From Octopus sinensis (lineage: Eukaryota), in assembly GCF_006345805.1 (NCBI RefSeq), contig NW_021825983.1:1-13981 (forward strand): a stretch of 13,981 bases of DNA, in the 5' to 3' direction. The position numbers were made by a program, and so were the translations under genes. Numbering within the stretch: position 1 is the stretch's first letter; each line of letters begins with the position of its first letter. Below are positions 1 to 9,341 of this stretch, in pieces. The notes below the pieces were generated by a model, which saw nothing but the letters and a program-made list of their open reading frames with translations, made no database searches and was not told the origin of the DNA.

Positions 1-960
1 ACGTCTATTGAGGTAAAGAACATTCTGTGCCATATGAATATGTCCCTCGTTTAAGAAACAGATTGGGTTTATTTACATTTGTGAAGAAAAAAAGATACCC
101 TTCCCCCCACCCCTAACCCTAACCCTAATTCTAACTAACCTAACCCTAAAACAGATTGAAATGCAATAGATCGAGGATCTTTTCCTTTTGAACGGCGCTT
201 TGTAACATAATTTCTAGGTAACTAAAATGTTTTAAACTTCGCATACTGGTAGAATGTGTTACATAAAACATCTTTTTCTCTTGGCTTTATTGAGAAAATT
301 CTATAGTTTCTAAGATATTTGTTGTTGTTTTTCCTTCAATTTCTGCAATTTCAACCAATCACTGACGTCTATTGAGGTAAAAAAAACATTCTGTGCCGTA
401 TGAATATGTCCCTCGTTTAAGAAACAGATTGGGTTTATTTACATTTCTGAAGAATAAAAGATACCCTTCCACCCACCCCTAACCCTAACCCTAATCCTAA
501 CTAACCTAACCCTAAAACAGATTGAAATGCAATAGATCGAGGATCTTTTCCTTTTGAACGGCACTTTGTAACATAATTTCTAGGTAACTAAAAAGTTTTA
601 AACTTCGTATACTGGTAGAATGTTTTTATAAAACATCATTTTCTGTTGGCTTTATTGAGAAAATTCTATAGTTTGTAAGATATTTCGTCTAAAATTTTTT
701 GCATTTCGGCAATTTTAACCAATCAATTACCTCCATTGACGTAAATAACATTCTGTGCATAATGAATATGTCCCTCCTTTAAGAAACAGATTGGGTTTAT
801 TTACATTTGTGAAGAAAAAAAGATACCCTTCCCCAACCCCTAACCCTAACACAACTAACCCTAACTAACCCTAAATCTAAAATAGATTGAAATGCAATAG
901 ATCGATACTAGGGCCGTAATTATGGGTGATATTTTCATTTGACACCGCTAGAAAAAAATC
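1..960. repeat. Tandem array (~2.6 copies, period ~365 bp) of a non-autonomous element with internal telomere-like (CCCTAA) repeats
   Basis: acgtctattgaggtaaa recurs at 1 and 365; ggatcttttccttttgaacggc recurs at 175 and 541; ccctaaccctaa blocks lie at ~111-148, ~477-515 and ~838-874. The third copy is more diverged and reads on past the gatcga junction. Confidence 0.9.
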
Positions 961-1025
961 CCATTTTTCGTAGCGGTGTCCTATGAAATTGTCACCCATA
1001 ATTATAGCCCTAGTATCGATCTATT
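896..1025. repeat. Imperfect palindrome (fold-back), ~60-bp arms
   Basis: aatagatcgatactagggc..taattatgggtga..gacaccgcta is mirrored by tagcggtgtc..tcacccataatta..gccctagtatcgatctatt. Confidence 0.92.
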
Positions 1026-1050
1026 TAACTTCGAACGATGATTTGCAGAT

Positions 1051-1099
1051 GAAATACTGCTAAGAATTTCGCCCGGCGTGCTAACGTTTCTGCCAGCTC
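1051..1099 (-). mobile_element. SINE family A, 5' head fragment
   Basis: Reverse complement reads gagctggcagaaacgttagcacgccgggcgaaattcttagcagtatttc, matching the head at 1647-1695. Confidence 0.85.
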
Positions 1100-1149
1100 T
1101 CCTAAAGAACTGTTTCTCTAAACGACGCTAACCCACAGGCCAATAAACT

Positions 1150-1500
1150 TTAAACAGGAGATCTTAATTTTCCTAAGTCCAGCTGGCCTGATGGCGATAT
1201 CCAAGCAGGAATCATGCAACTAAAAGAAGGCAGATATGGAAGTTCTCCTCGACAGCACTAAAGCCCTCATTATGCGGCAGATCGTTTCAGATCCAACCAG
1301 AGGAAGCAACATACTTGACATAATCGTTTCTAACAATAGGCCCTTTGTTCACAATCCGCCAGCTCATTCCAAAAGCTATTTCCGACCACAATATAGTGCA
1401 ACTATTTCTAGTTGGTTCCAGAGGGCGACGCACAAAGATAATGTTATGACTAACCTCTTAAGTACTTGAGTTTCAAGAAGACAAACTGGAAAAGACAATT
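1150..1500 (+). mobile_element. Decayed LINE (CR1/L2 group) APE endonuclease fragment, frameshifted
   Basis: Ordered motifs across frameshifts: GDLNFPKSSW (from 1157), QIVSDPTRGSNILDIIVSN (ORF 1236-1469), ISDHNIV (SDH at 1381-1389), FKKTNW. These match the GDFN, PTR-xx-LD and SDH motifs of non-LTR APE domains. Confidence 0.85.
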
Positions 1501-1556
1501 GAGATTGAGAAACTCACAATGAATGTCCTTCAGTGGATTTCTAACCTCAAATATTC

Positions 1557-1640
1557 TTTTCTACTCTAGGCACAAGGGCCGAAATTTTTGGGAAGGGGGC
1601 CAGTCGATTAGATCGACCCCAGCACGCAACTGGTACTTAA
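1557..1640 (-). mobile_element. SINE family A 3' portion (variant tail), inverted relative to the adjacent copy
   Basis: ctactctaggcacaagg...ctggtacttaa is a diverged reverse complement of ~1768-1850. Confidence 0.85.
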
Positions 1641-1850
1641 GGCGGCGAGCTGGCAGAAACGTTAGCACGCCGGGCGAAATGCGTAGCCGTATTTCGTCTG
1701 CCGTTACGTTCAGGGTTCAAATTCCGCCGAGGTCGACTTTGTCTTTCATCCTTTCGGGGTCGATAAATTAAGTACCAGTTGTGTACTGGGCTCCATCCAA
1801 TCAACTGGTCCCCTTCCCCAAAATGTCGGGCCTTGTGCCTAGAGTAGAAA
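1640..1850 (+). mobile_element. SINE family A, full-length, variant tail ending ccttgtgcctagagtagaaa
   Basis: Head aggcggcgagctggcagaaacgttagc (A-box-like), B-box-like ggttcaaattcc, central gaggtcgacttt..tttcatcctttcggggtcgataaattaagtaccagtt shared with many copies in the window. Confidence 0.88.
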
Positions 1851-1867
1851 TTCATATTGAGGTTAGG

Positions 1868-2288
1868 AAGGCGAGCTGGCAGAAGCGTTAGCACGCCGGG
1901 CGAAATGCGTAGCCGTATTTCGTCTGCCGTTACGTTCTGAGTTCAAATTCCGCCGAGGTCGACTTTGCCTTTCATGCTTTCGGGGTCGATAAATTAAGTA
2001 CCAGTTACGCACTGCGGTCGATATAATCGACTTAATACCTGTGTCAGTCCTTGTTTGTCCCCCTCTATGTTTAGCCCCTTGTGGGCAGTAAAGAAATAGG
2101 TATTTCGTCTGCCGTTACGTTCTGAGTTCAAATTCCGCCGAGGTCGACTTTGCCTTTCATCCTTTCGGGGTCGTCGATAAATTAAGTACCAGTTGCGCAC
2201 TGGGGTCGATGTAATCGACTTAATCTGTTTGTCTGTCCTTGTTTGTCCTCTCTGTGTTTAGCCCCTTGTGGGTAGTAAAGAAATAGGT
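1868..2288 (+). mobile_element. SINE family A: one full copy (1868-2100) plus a head-less tandem unit (2101-2288)
   Basis: Same head, B box and centre; tail tgtccttgtttgtcc..tttagccccttgtggg..aaagaaatag; the second unit restarts at tatttcgtctgcc. Confidence 0.9.
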
Positions 2289-2427
2289 ACTTAATTTATT
2301 GACCCAGAAAGGATGAAAGGCAAAGACGACCTCGGCAGAATTTGAACTCAGAACGTAACAGCAGACAAAATACCTATTTCTTTACTACCCACAAGGGGCT
2401 AAACACAGAGAGGACAAACAAGGACAG
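2287..2427 (-). mobile_element. Inverted partial SINE family A spanning a tail/head junction
   Basis: ggtacttaatttat..aaaggatgaaaggcaaag..tttgaactcagaacgtaac..aatacctatttctttactacccacaaggggctaaacacagagaggacaaacaaggacag is the reverse complement of the family A multimer. Confidence 0.9.
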
Positions 2428-2460
2428 CAACAAATAAAGAGTATATATATATATATATAA

Positions 2461-2507
2461 TGGCGGTGCCCCAGCATGGCCACAGCTCATTAGCTGAAAC
2501 TGGAAAA
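2461..2507 (+). mobile_element. Isolated LINE/SINE-type 3' tail fragment
   Basis: tggcggtgccccagcatggccacagctcattagctgaaac resembles the family B tail and the LINE tail at 12719-12775. Confidence 0.7.
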
Positions 2508-2530
2508 ATCAAAATCATCATATATATATA

Positions 2531-2670
2531 TAGCGGTTCGGCAAAAAGAGATCGATAGAATAAGTACTGGGCTTACAAAGAATAAGTCCCGGGGTCGATT
2601 TGCTCGACTAAAGGACGGTGCTCCAGCATGGCCGCAGTCAATGACTGAAACAAGTAAAAGATAAAAGAAA
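2531..2670 (+). mobile_element. SINE family B, 3' part
   Basis: tagcggttcggcaaaa..gatagaataagtact..cttacaaagaataagt..ggtgctccagcatggccgcagtcaatgactgaaacaagtaaaaga, followed by an A-run; near-identical to 12537-12667. Confidence 0.88.
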
Positions 2671-2685
2671 AAAAAAAAAAAAAAA

Positions 2686-2827
2686 TATATATAATATATA
2701 TCATACACAACACACATATATTATATATATATATACACAACACACATTATCTATATATATATACACACACACACACACACATATATATATTATATATATA
2801 TATATACACACCACACACACACACCAC

Positions 2828-2870
<43 letters not shown>

Positions 2871-2872
2871 AC

Positions 2873-2930
<58 letters not shown>

Positions 2931-3090
2931 CACATGTATATATACACATGTATATTTACATATACATCTGAGCGTAGATATGTTTGTATGTGTGCCGCCA
3001 CACGCACACATTCGCACACACACATACAGTCTCACACACATAAACACATACACACAGACACACACACGTATATCCATATACACACACACC
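2686..3090. repeat. Compound (TA)n/(CA)n microsatellite
   Basis: Directly visible alternating tata/caca runs. Confidence 0.97.
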
Positions 3091-3244
3091 TACATCCATT
3101 ACTTCCTACTTATTCTTCCTTTCCCGAAAGACACAGACACACCCAGTTTCCCAGATTCTGGCGGGGAATTTTGCAGAAAATGGAAACCAAAACGAAAAAC
3201 AGAAAAATGAAACCAAATTTTCGGTTGAGTAAAATTTCCCAGTG

Positions 3245-3901
3245 ACGGTGGTGATGGTGGTGGTGGTGGTGGTGGTGGTGGTGGTGGTGGTGTGGTGGTG
3301 TTGGTGGTTTTGTTGGTTTGTGGTGGTGGTGATTGTGGTGGTGGTGGTGTGGTGGATTGTGGGTGGTAGTGGTGGTAGCGTGGTGGTGGTGGTGGTTGTG
3401 GTTGTGGTGGTGTAGTTTGTGGTGGTGGTGGTATGGTGGTGGTGGTGGTGGTTGTGTGGTGTGGGGTGGTGATTGTGGGTGTAGTGGTGGTAGGGGTGGT
3501 GGTGGTGGTTTGTGTTGGGTGGTGGTAGTTTGTGTGGTGTGTGGTGGTGGTGGTTGTGGTGGTGGTGGTGGTTGTGGTGGTAGTGGTGGTGGTGGTGTTG
3601 TGGTGGTGGTGGTATTGGTGTTATGTTGGGGTGTGTGGTGGTGGTGGTGGTGATTGTGGTGGTGGTTGTGGTGGTGATTGTGGTGGTGGTGCTGGTGGTG
3701 GTGATGGTGGTGGTGGTGGTGGTTGTAGTGGTGGTGATGGTTGTGGTGGTGGTGATGATGATGTCTGTTGTGGTGGCGGCTGATGTGATGGTCATGATGG
3801 TTGTGGTGGTGGTGGTAGTTGTAGTAGTGGTGATGATGGCTGTAGTGGTGGTGGTTGTGATGGTGGTGGTGATGATGGTTGTGGTGGTGGTGGTGGTTGT
3901 G
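3245..3901. repeat. Degenerate (GGT)n tract grading into GAT/GTT variants
   Basis: Directly visible; accounts for the poly-T/V/W/G/H ORFs. Confidence 0.96.
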
Positions 3902-3918
3902 AAATAAATTAAGTACCA

Positions 3919-4110
3919 GTTTCAGTCATTCGACTGTGGCCATGTTGGAGCACCGCCTTTTTAGTCGAGCAAATCGACCCCAAGGAATTAAAGCCTAGAT
4001 CCTAGTTTTTATACTATCGGTTACTTTTTTGCCGAACCGCTAAGTTACAGGGACGTAAACACACCAGCATCGGTTGTTAAGCGATGTTGGGGGAGGGAGA
4101 ACAAACACAG
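3919..4110 (-). mobile_element. SINE family B copy (diverged)
   Basis: tttcagtcattcgactgtggccatgttggagcaccgcc..gccgaaccgctaagttac..gacgtaaacacaccagcatcggttg is the reverse complement of family B. Confidence 0.88.
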
Positions 4111-4124
4111 ACACACACACACAC

Positions 4125-4199
<75 letters not shown>

Positions 4200-4203
4200 C
4201 ATA
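4111..4203. repeat. (CA)n(TA)n microsatellite
   Basis: Directly visible. Confidence 0.95.
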
Positions 4204-4204
4204 T

Positions 4205-4402
4205 TACTCTTTTACTTGTTTCAGTCATTTGACTGCGGCCATGCTGGAGCACTGCCTTTAGTCGAGCAAATCGACCCCCAGGACTTATTCTTTGTAAGCC
4301 TAGTACTTATTCTATCGGTAACTTTTTTGCCGAACCGCTAAGTTACGGGGACGTAAACACACCAGCATCGCTTGTCAAGCGATGTTGGGGGGACAAACAC
4401 AG
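4205..4402 (-). mobile_element. SINE family B copy
   Basis: tactcttttacttgtttcagtcatttgactgcggccatgctggagcac..gatgttggggggacaaacac is the reverse complement of ~12475-12669. Confidence 0.9.
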
Positions 4403-4470
4403 TCACACAAACATATATACACACACACACACATACACACACATACATACATACATATATATGTTTTGCT

Positions 4471-4558
4471 CCATCGAAAGGATGGAAATCAGAGTCGACC
4501 TCTGTGGGATTTGAAACCAGAACGTAGCAACGGAGAATTGCCGCTAAGCATTTCGTCC
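4471..4558 (-). mobile_element. Old, diverged SINE family A fragment
   Basis: cgaaaggatg..agtcgacctc..atttgaa..cagaacgtagc..ccgctaagcatttcg matches the reverse complement of the family A head and centre with many substitutions. Confidence 0.75.
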
Positions 4559-4572
4559 ATCGTGATAACAAC

Positions 4573-4859
4573 GGTGATGATGATGATGGTCATGATGGTG
4601 ATGGTGATGATGATGGTGGTGATGATGATGATGGTGATGATGATGGTGATGGTGGTGATGATGATGATGATGTTGAAGATGATGGTGGTGATGACGATGA
4701 TGATGGTTATGGTGATGGTGATGATGGTAATGATGTTGATGATGATGATGATGACGATGACGATGATGATGATGTTGATGATGGTGATGATGATGATGTG
4801 ATGATGATGATGATGATGATGATGACGATGACGGTGATGATGATGATGATGATGATGAT
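4573..4859. repeat. (GAT)n/(GGT)n microsatellite
   Basis: Directly visible; produces the poly-Met ORF 4382-4801. Confidence 0.97.
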
Positions 4860-5416
4860 AAATGCCCTGATGCAGTACCAGGCAGTGGCTCTCGTGGCTT
4901 CAGATCTTAACTGATTGGAAGTGTAATCATGTACATTGTTTTGTCTTGGTATAAAAGATGGGTTTTACAGCAAATATTCTACTCAATACCACAGATTTGC
5001 TTGTCAGTTGTTTGACCCGTAACCAGTTGAGCATGTCCCTTAGTGGCTGACGATATGTTGCATCTTTGATCACGAGCAGAGTAGTGGGGGAGCATCATAG
5101 CCATGTGTTGAGAGAATTCTTTGGGGTTTGAATAATTCATCTCTGGAAACATGGGTGTTCGTTCAACATCCTTAAACAATCCTTATTCAGGGACCTTTTG
5201 AGCGGGATGGGCTACTCAACCTGCGAAAATTCTAACTGGGCCCCACACTGCAAGGTCATGTGCTGTTTATCTTGATACGAGATCACCATGTCGCGCACAT
5301 ATGGTTGTGATGCATGTGCCTGTGTACCCTTATCAGACAGGTAGTCATGATGGTATACTGGGCTTCGTATATTTTACCCCAGTGTCACTTTGATGGCATG
5401 CACTGCTCTCTCACTC
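4860..5416. mobile_element. Unclassified ~560-bp interspersed repeat bounded by (GAT)n and (AAT)n
   Basis: Sharp microsatellite boundaries on both sides; its first ~115 bp recur at 5492-5607; no convincing ORF. Class and orientation not determined. Confidence 0.55.

Positions 5417-5481
<65 letters not shown>
5417..5481. repeat. (AAT)n microsatellite
   Basis: Perfect trinucleotide run. Confidence 0.98.
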
Positions 5482-5491
5482 GGGGCACCAC

Positions 5492-5607
5492 TGCCCTGAT
5501 GCAGTACCAGACAGTGGCTCTCGTGGCTTCTGATCTTAACTGATTGGAAGTGTTATCATGTACATTGTTTTGTCTTGGTATAAAAGATGGGTTTTACAGC
5601 AAATATT
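5492..5607. repeat. Partial direct duplicate of 4863-4978
   Basis: tgccctgatgcagtaccag..gggttttacagcaaatatt is nearly identical in both places. Confidence 0.93.
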
Positions 5608-5725
5608 AAGTTAAACACTGATAAAAGCCCCAAGTGCTTCAGATCTTGTTTCTAGGCCAACAATATTTGTAGCAGGTTGTTGTTGTTGTTGGTGGTGATG
5701 GTGGTTGGGGCGGTGTAAAATATAA

Positions 5726-5840
5726 ACAGGCTTCTTTCGGTTTCTTTTTACCAAATCCACTCACAAGGCTTTGGTCGGCCCGAGGCTATAGTAGAAGACA
5801 CTTGCCCAAGGTGCCACGCAGTGGGTCTGAACCCGGAACC
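5726..5840 (-). mobile_element. SINE family C fragment (tRNA-derived, CORE-like)
   Basis: Minus strand gives ggttccgggttcagacccactgcgtggcaccttgggcaagtgtcttctactatagcctcggg: B-box-like plus accttgggcaagt, which resembles the CORE-SINE domain start. Matches 10609-10724. Confidence 0.85.
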
Positions 5841-5864
5841 AGAAATGAATAAAAACAATTGTCA

Positions 5865-6043
5865 CAACAGCAACAAAGATAACAAAAGCACAATTAAAAC
5901 AAAAACAAATAAAACGAAAAACAGAAAAACAAAAAGGAAACTTCAAAGCGAAACGTTGTGGTGAAGAGTGTGATGTGGGGTGTGTGGATTGGGGGGAGTT
6001 ATCGGGGAAAGTGAAAGTAGGGAATTTCCAGTAACCCAGTCTA
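5865..6043. repeat. Left arm of a long-range diverged inverted repeat (partner 7681-7872)
   Basis: Exact reverse-complement blocks 5871-5888/7849-7866 (18 bp) and 5945-5964/7758-7777 (20 bp); 6007-6033/7691-7716 matches with one indel. Confidence 0.88.
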
Positions 6044-6080
6044 GGTAATTGTGGATTTAAACAGGTCGCCCTGTCTTAGC

Positions 6081-6145
6081 TCCACCACCACCACCACCAC
6101 CACCACCACCCCACCACCACCACCACCACCACCACCCCACCACCA
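6081..6145. repeat. (CCA)n microsatellite
   Basis: Directly visible. Confidence 0.95.
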
Positions 6146-6463
6146 TGTCTTTCATCCATTCGGGGTCGATAAATTAAGTACAAGTTACGCACTGGGGTCG
6201 ATATAATCGACTTAATCTGTTTGTCTGTCCTTGTTTGTCCCCTCTGTGTTTAGCCCCTTGTGGGTAGTAAAGAAATAGGTATTTCGTCTGCCGTTACGTT
6301 CTGAGTTCAAATTCCGCCGAGGTTGACTTTGCCTTTCATCCTTTCGGGGTCGATAAATTAAGTACCAGTTACGCACTGGGGTCGATGTAATCGACTGAAT
6401 CCCTTTGTCTGTCCTTGCTTGTCCCCTCTATGTTTAGCCCCTTGTGGGTAGTAAAGAAATAGG
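6146..6463 (+). mobile_element. SINE family A head-less tandem units (partial plus one ~184-bp unit)
   Basis: Family A centre and tail occur twice, joined at gaaataggtatttc (6272-6285). Confidence 0.9.
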
Positions 6464-6559
6464 TAGCGGTGAGATTGTTCGTGATAGTGGCGGCCTCGAA
6501 GTTGGCGGCGGGGGCAGCAGCGGCGTTTGTAGTAGTGCTGGTCGTACAGGTAGTGGCGA

Positions 6560-7588
6560 TGGTGGTGGTGGTTGTATTGGTGGTGGTGGTGGTGGTGGTG
6601 GTAGTATTGGTGGTGGTGGTGGTGGTAGTATTGGTGGTATTGGTGGTGGTGGTGGTATTGGTGGTATTGGTGGTAGTGGTGGTATTGGTGGTGGTATTGG
6701 TGGTAGTGGTGGTATTGGTGGTGGTGGTGGTATTGGTGGTAGTGGTGGTGGTATTGGTGATATTGGTGGTAGTGGTGGTATTGGTGGTGGTGGTGGTATT
6801 GGTGGTAGTGGTGGTAGTGGTGGTATTGGTGGTGGTGGTGGTATTGGTGGTAGTGGTAGTATTGGTGGTATTGGTGGTAGTGGTGGTAGTGGTGGTATTG
6901 GTGGTAGTGGTGGTATTGGTGGTGGTGGTGGTATTGGTGGTAGTGGTGGTAGTGGTGGTATTGGTGGTATTGGTGGTAGTGGTGGTATTGGTGGTGGTGG
7001 TGGTATTGGTGGTAGTGGTGATATTGGTGGTGGTGGTGGTATTGGTGGTAGTGGTGGTATTGGTGGTATTGGTGGTAGTGGTGGTATTGGTGGTGGTGGT
7101 GGTATTGGTGGTAGTGGTGGTAGTGGTGGTATTGGTGGTGGTGGTGGTGGTGGTATTGGTGGTATTGGTGGTGGTGGTGGTAGTGGTGGTAGTAGTGGTA
7201 TTGGTGGTGGTGGTGGTGGTATTGGTGGTAGTAGTGGTATTGGTGGTGGTGGTGGTATTGGTGGTAGTGGTGGTATTGGTGGTAGTGGTGGTATTGGTGG
7301 TAGTGGTGGTAGTGGTGGTATTGGTGGTGGTGGTGGTGGTATTGGTGGTATTGGTGGTGGTGGTGGTAGTGGTGGTAGTAGTGGTATTGGTGGTGGTATT
7401 GGTGGTATTGGTGGTGGTGGTGGTAGTGGTGGTAGTAGTGGTATTGGTGGTGGTGGTGGTGGTATTGGTGGTAGTGGTGGTAGTAGTGGTATTGGTGGTG
7501 GTGGTGGTATTGGTGGTAGTGGTGGTATTGGTGGTGGTGGTGGTATTGGTGGTATTGGTGGTATTGGTGGTGGTGGTGGTGTTGGTGT
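6560..7588. repeat. ~1-kb (GGT)n tract with in-phase ATT and AGT interruptions
   Basis: Composed almost only of GGT, ATT and AGT triplets, with rare GAT, and no phase slips. Confidence 0.97.
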
Positions 7589-7662
7589 TGTTCGCGGTAA
7601 TAACAACGGCAGCAGTGGTGGCGGTGGTGATGGTGATCGTCCTTGTATCCTTTGTGGTGGTG

Positions 7663-7703
7663 GGAATTTCCAGTACCCATAGATTTGGGGTACTGGAAAT
7701 TCC
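7663..7703. repeat. Perfect hairpin, 16-bp arms, 9-nt loop
   Basis: ggaatttccagtaccc (7663-7678) and gggtactggaaattcc (7688-7703). Confidence 0.93.
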
Positions 7704-7872
7704 TACTTTCACTTTCTCGCTACCCCCCGCCCCACCCCCCACCGCTCAGCACACTCCTCACCACAACGTTTCGCTTTCAGATTTTTCTTTCTGTTTTCCT
7801 ATTTCTTTTCTTTTTTTTTTTTTTTATAATTTTTTTGGTTTAATTGTCCTTTTGTTATCTTTGTTGTCATTG
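7681..7872. repeat. Right arm of the long-range inverted repeat (partner 5865-6043)
   Basis: Same reverse-complement blocks as listed for 5865-6043. Confidence 0.88.
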
Positions 7873-7882
7873 TTCTTTGTAG

Positions 7883-8942
7883 GGCCGCTGCGAGCTGGCA
7901 GAACCGTTAGCAACGCCGGGCGAAATGCTTAGCGGTATTCCGTATTTCCTCTGCTGCTACGTTCTGAGTTCAAATTCGGCCGAGGTCGACTTTGCCTTTC
8001 ATCCTTTCGGGGTCGATTAAATAAGTACCAGTTACGCACTGGGGTCGATATAATCGACTTAATCCGTTCGTCTGTCCTTGTTTGTCCCCTCTGTGTTTAG
8101 CCCCTTGTGGGTAATAAAGAAATAGAAATAGGTATTTCATATGCCGCTACGTTCTGAGTTCAAATTCCGTCGAGGTCCACTTTGCCTTTCATCCTTTCGG
8201 GGTCGATAAATTAAGTACCAGTTACGCACTGGGGTCGATGTAATCGACTTAATACCTATGTCTGTCCTTGTTTGTCCCCTCTGTGTTTAGTCCCTTGTGG
8301 GCAATAAAGAAATAAGTATTTCGTCTGCAGTTATGTTCTGAGTACAAATTCCGTCGAGGTCGACTTTGCCTTTCATTCTTTCGGGGTCGATTAAATAAGT
8401 GGGTTGCAAAGAAATAGGTATTTCACCTGCCGTTACGTTCTGAGTTCAAATTCCGCCGAGTTCGACTTTGCCTTTCATCCTTTCGGGGTCGATTAAATAA
8501 GTACCAGTTACGCACTGGGGTCGATGTAATCCACTTAATTCGTTTGTCTGTCCTTGTTTGTCCCCTCTGTGTTTAGCCCCTTGTGGGTCGCAAAGAAATA
8601 GGTATTTCGTCTACCGCTACGTTCTGAGTTCAAATTCCGTCGAGGTCGACTTTGCCTTTCATCCTTTCGGGGGTCGATTAAATAAGTACCAGTTACGCAC
8701 TGGGGTCGATATAATCGACTTAATCCATTTGTCTGTCCTTGTTTGTCCCCTCTGTGATAACCCCTTGTAGGCAATAAAGAAATAGGTATTTCGTCTGCCG
8801 CTACGTTCTGAGTTCAAATTCCGCCGAGGTCGACTTTGCCTTTCATTCTTTCGGATCGATTCCATAAGTACCAGTTACGCACTGGGGTCGATATAATCGA
8901 CTTAATCCGTTTGTTTGTCCTTGTTTGTCCTCTTTGTGTTTA
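7883..8942 (+). mobile_element. SINE family A multimer: one headed copy plus five head-less tandem units (184-bp period, one internally deleted, last truncated)
   Basis: Junction gaaata(g/a)gtatttc at 8125, 8309, 8411, 8595 and 8779 (spacings 184, 102, 184, 184). Confidence 0.93.
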
Positions 8943-9341
8943 GAAAAGAATCCGCACGGACAATCTACAGGAGAGGTGGGCAGAAATACAGATGCAGTAT
9001 TGTCTAAGGAAGAGGGATTTCCTAAGTAAGAGACCGAAACACTTATCTGTTGTGACAGGCGGGACCGGATTAAGACCCATCAAGGCCCTAAGCACATAAT
9101 AGATTTTGGTGCCCCCCCCCCCTGAAAGATTATGTAATTCAAAATATAAACAATAACAAAAACCATAAAATAAATTTTTATTTTTCAAAATGAAACGAAA
9201 CAGTAAATAAACATTATTTAAATATAAATAAAAATAATTAAAAAATATAATCAATATAAATAAAAATATAAATAAAAATAAATAAAAATAAAAAATAAAA
9301 ATATAAATAAGTAGGAGGAAGCTTATTTATATTTGAAAAGT

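Noticed and set aside
111-148. True telomere
   Set aside because: Only a few degenerate CCCTAA units embedded inside a larger repeat unit.
3189-3207. 19-bp identity with 5911-5929 (aaaacgaaaaacagaaaaa), a possible third copy of the inverted-repeat arm
   Set aside because: Low-complexity A-rich match that does not extend convincingly.
3106-4801. Mucin-like, poly-Val and poly-Met ORFs
   Set aside because: Translations of (GGT)n and (GAT)n microsatellites.
5047-5053. CTGACGA hammerhead-like core (also CTGAAGA near 447 and minus-strand CTGAGGA in the 215-bp units)
   Set aside because: No correctly placed stem II, GAAA, UH and stem I partner was found.
5281-5416. Possible HDV-like ribozyme on the minus strand (actggg/cccagt pairing)
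   Set aside because: The nested double pseudoknot could not be assembled by eye.
6358-7932. Long ORFs of 390-487 aa (His/Gln/Tyr-rich, Thr/Asn-rich, Gly-rich, Pro-rich, Val-rich)
   Set aside because: Five frames are open only because the triplet tract lacks stops; ORF ends run into SINE or low-complexity sequence; no signal peptide or domain is evident.
7883-8942. CRISPR-like regular repetition
   Set aside because: Whole 184-bp units repeat with no unique spacers; eukaryotic SINE context and no cas genes.
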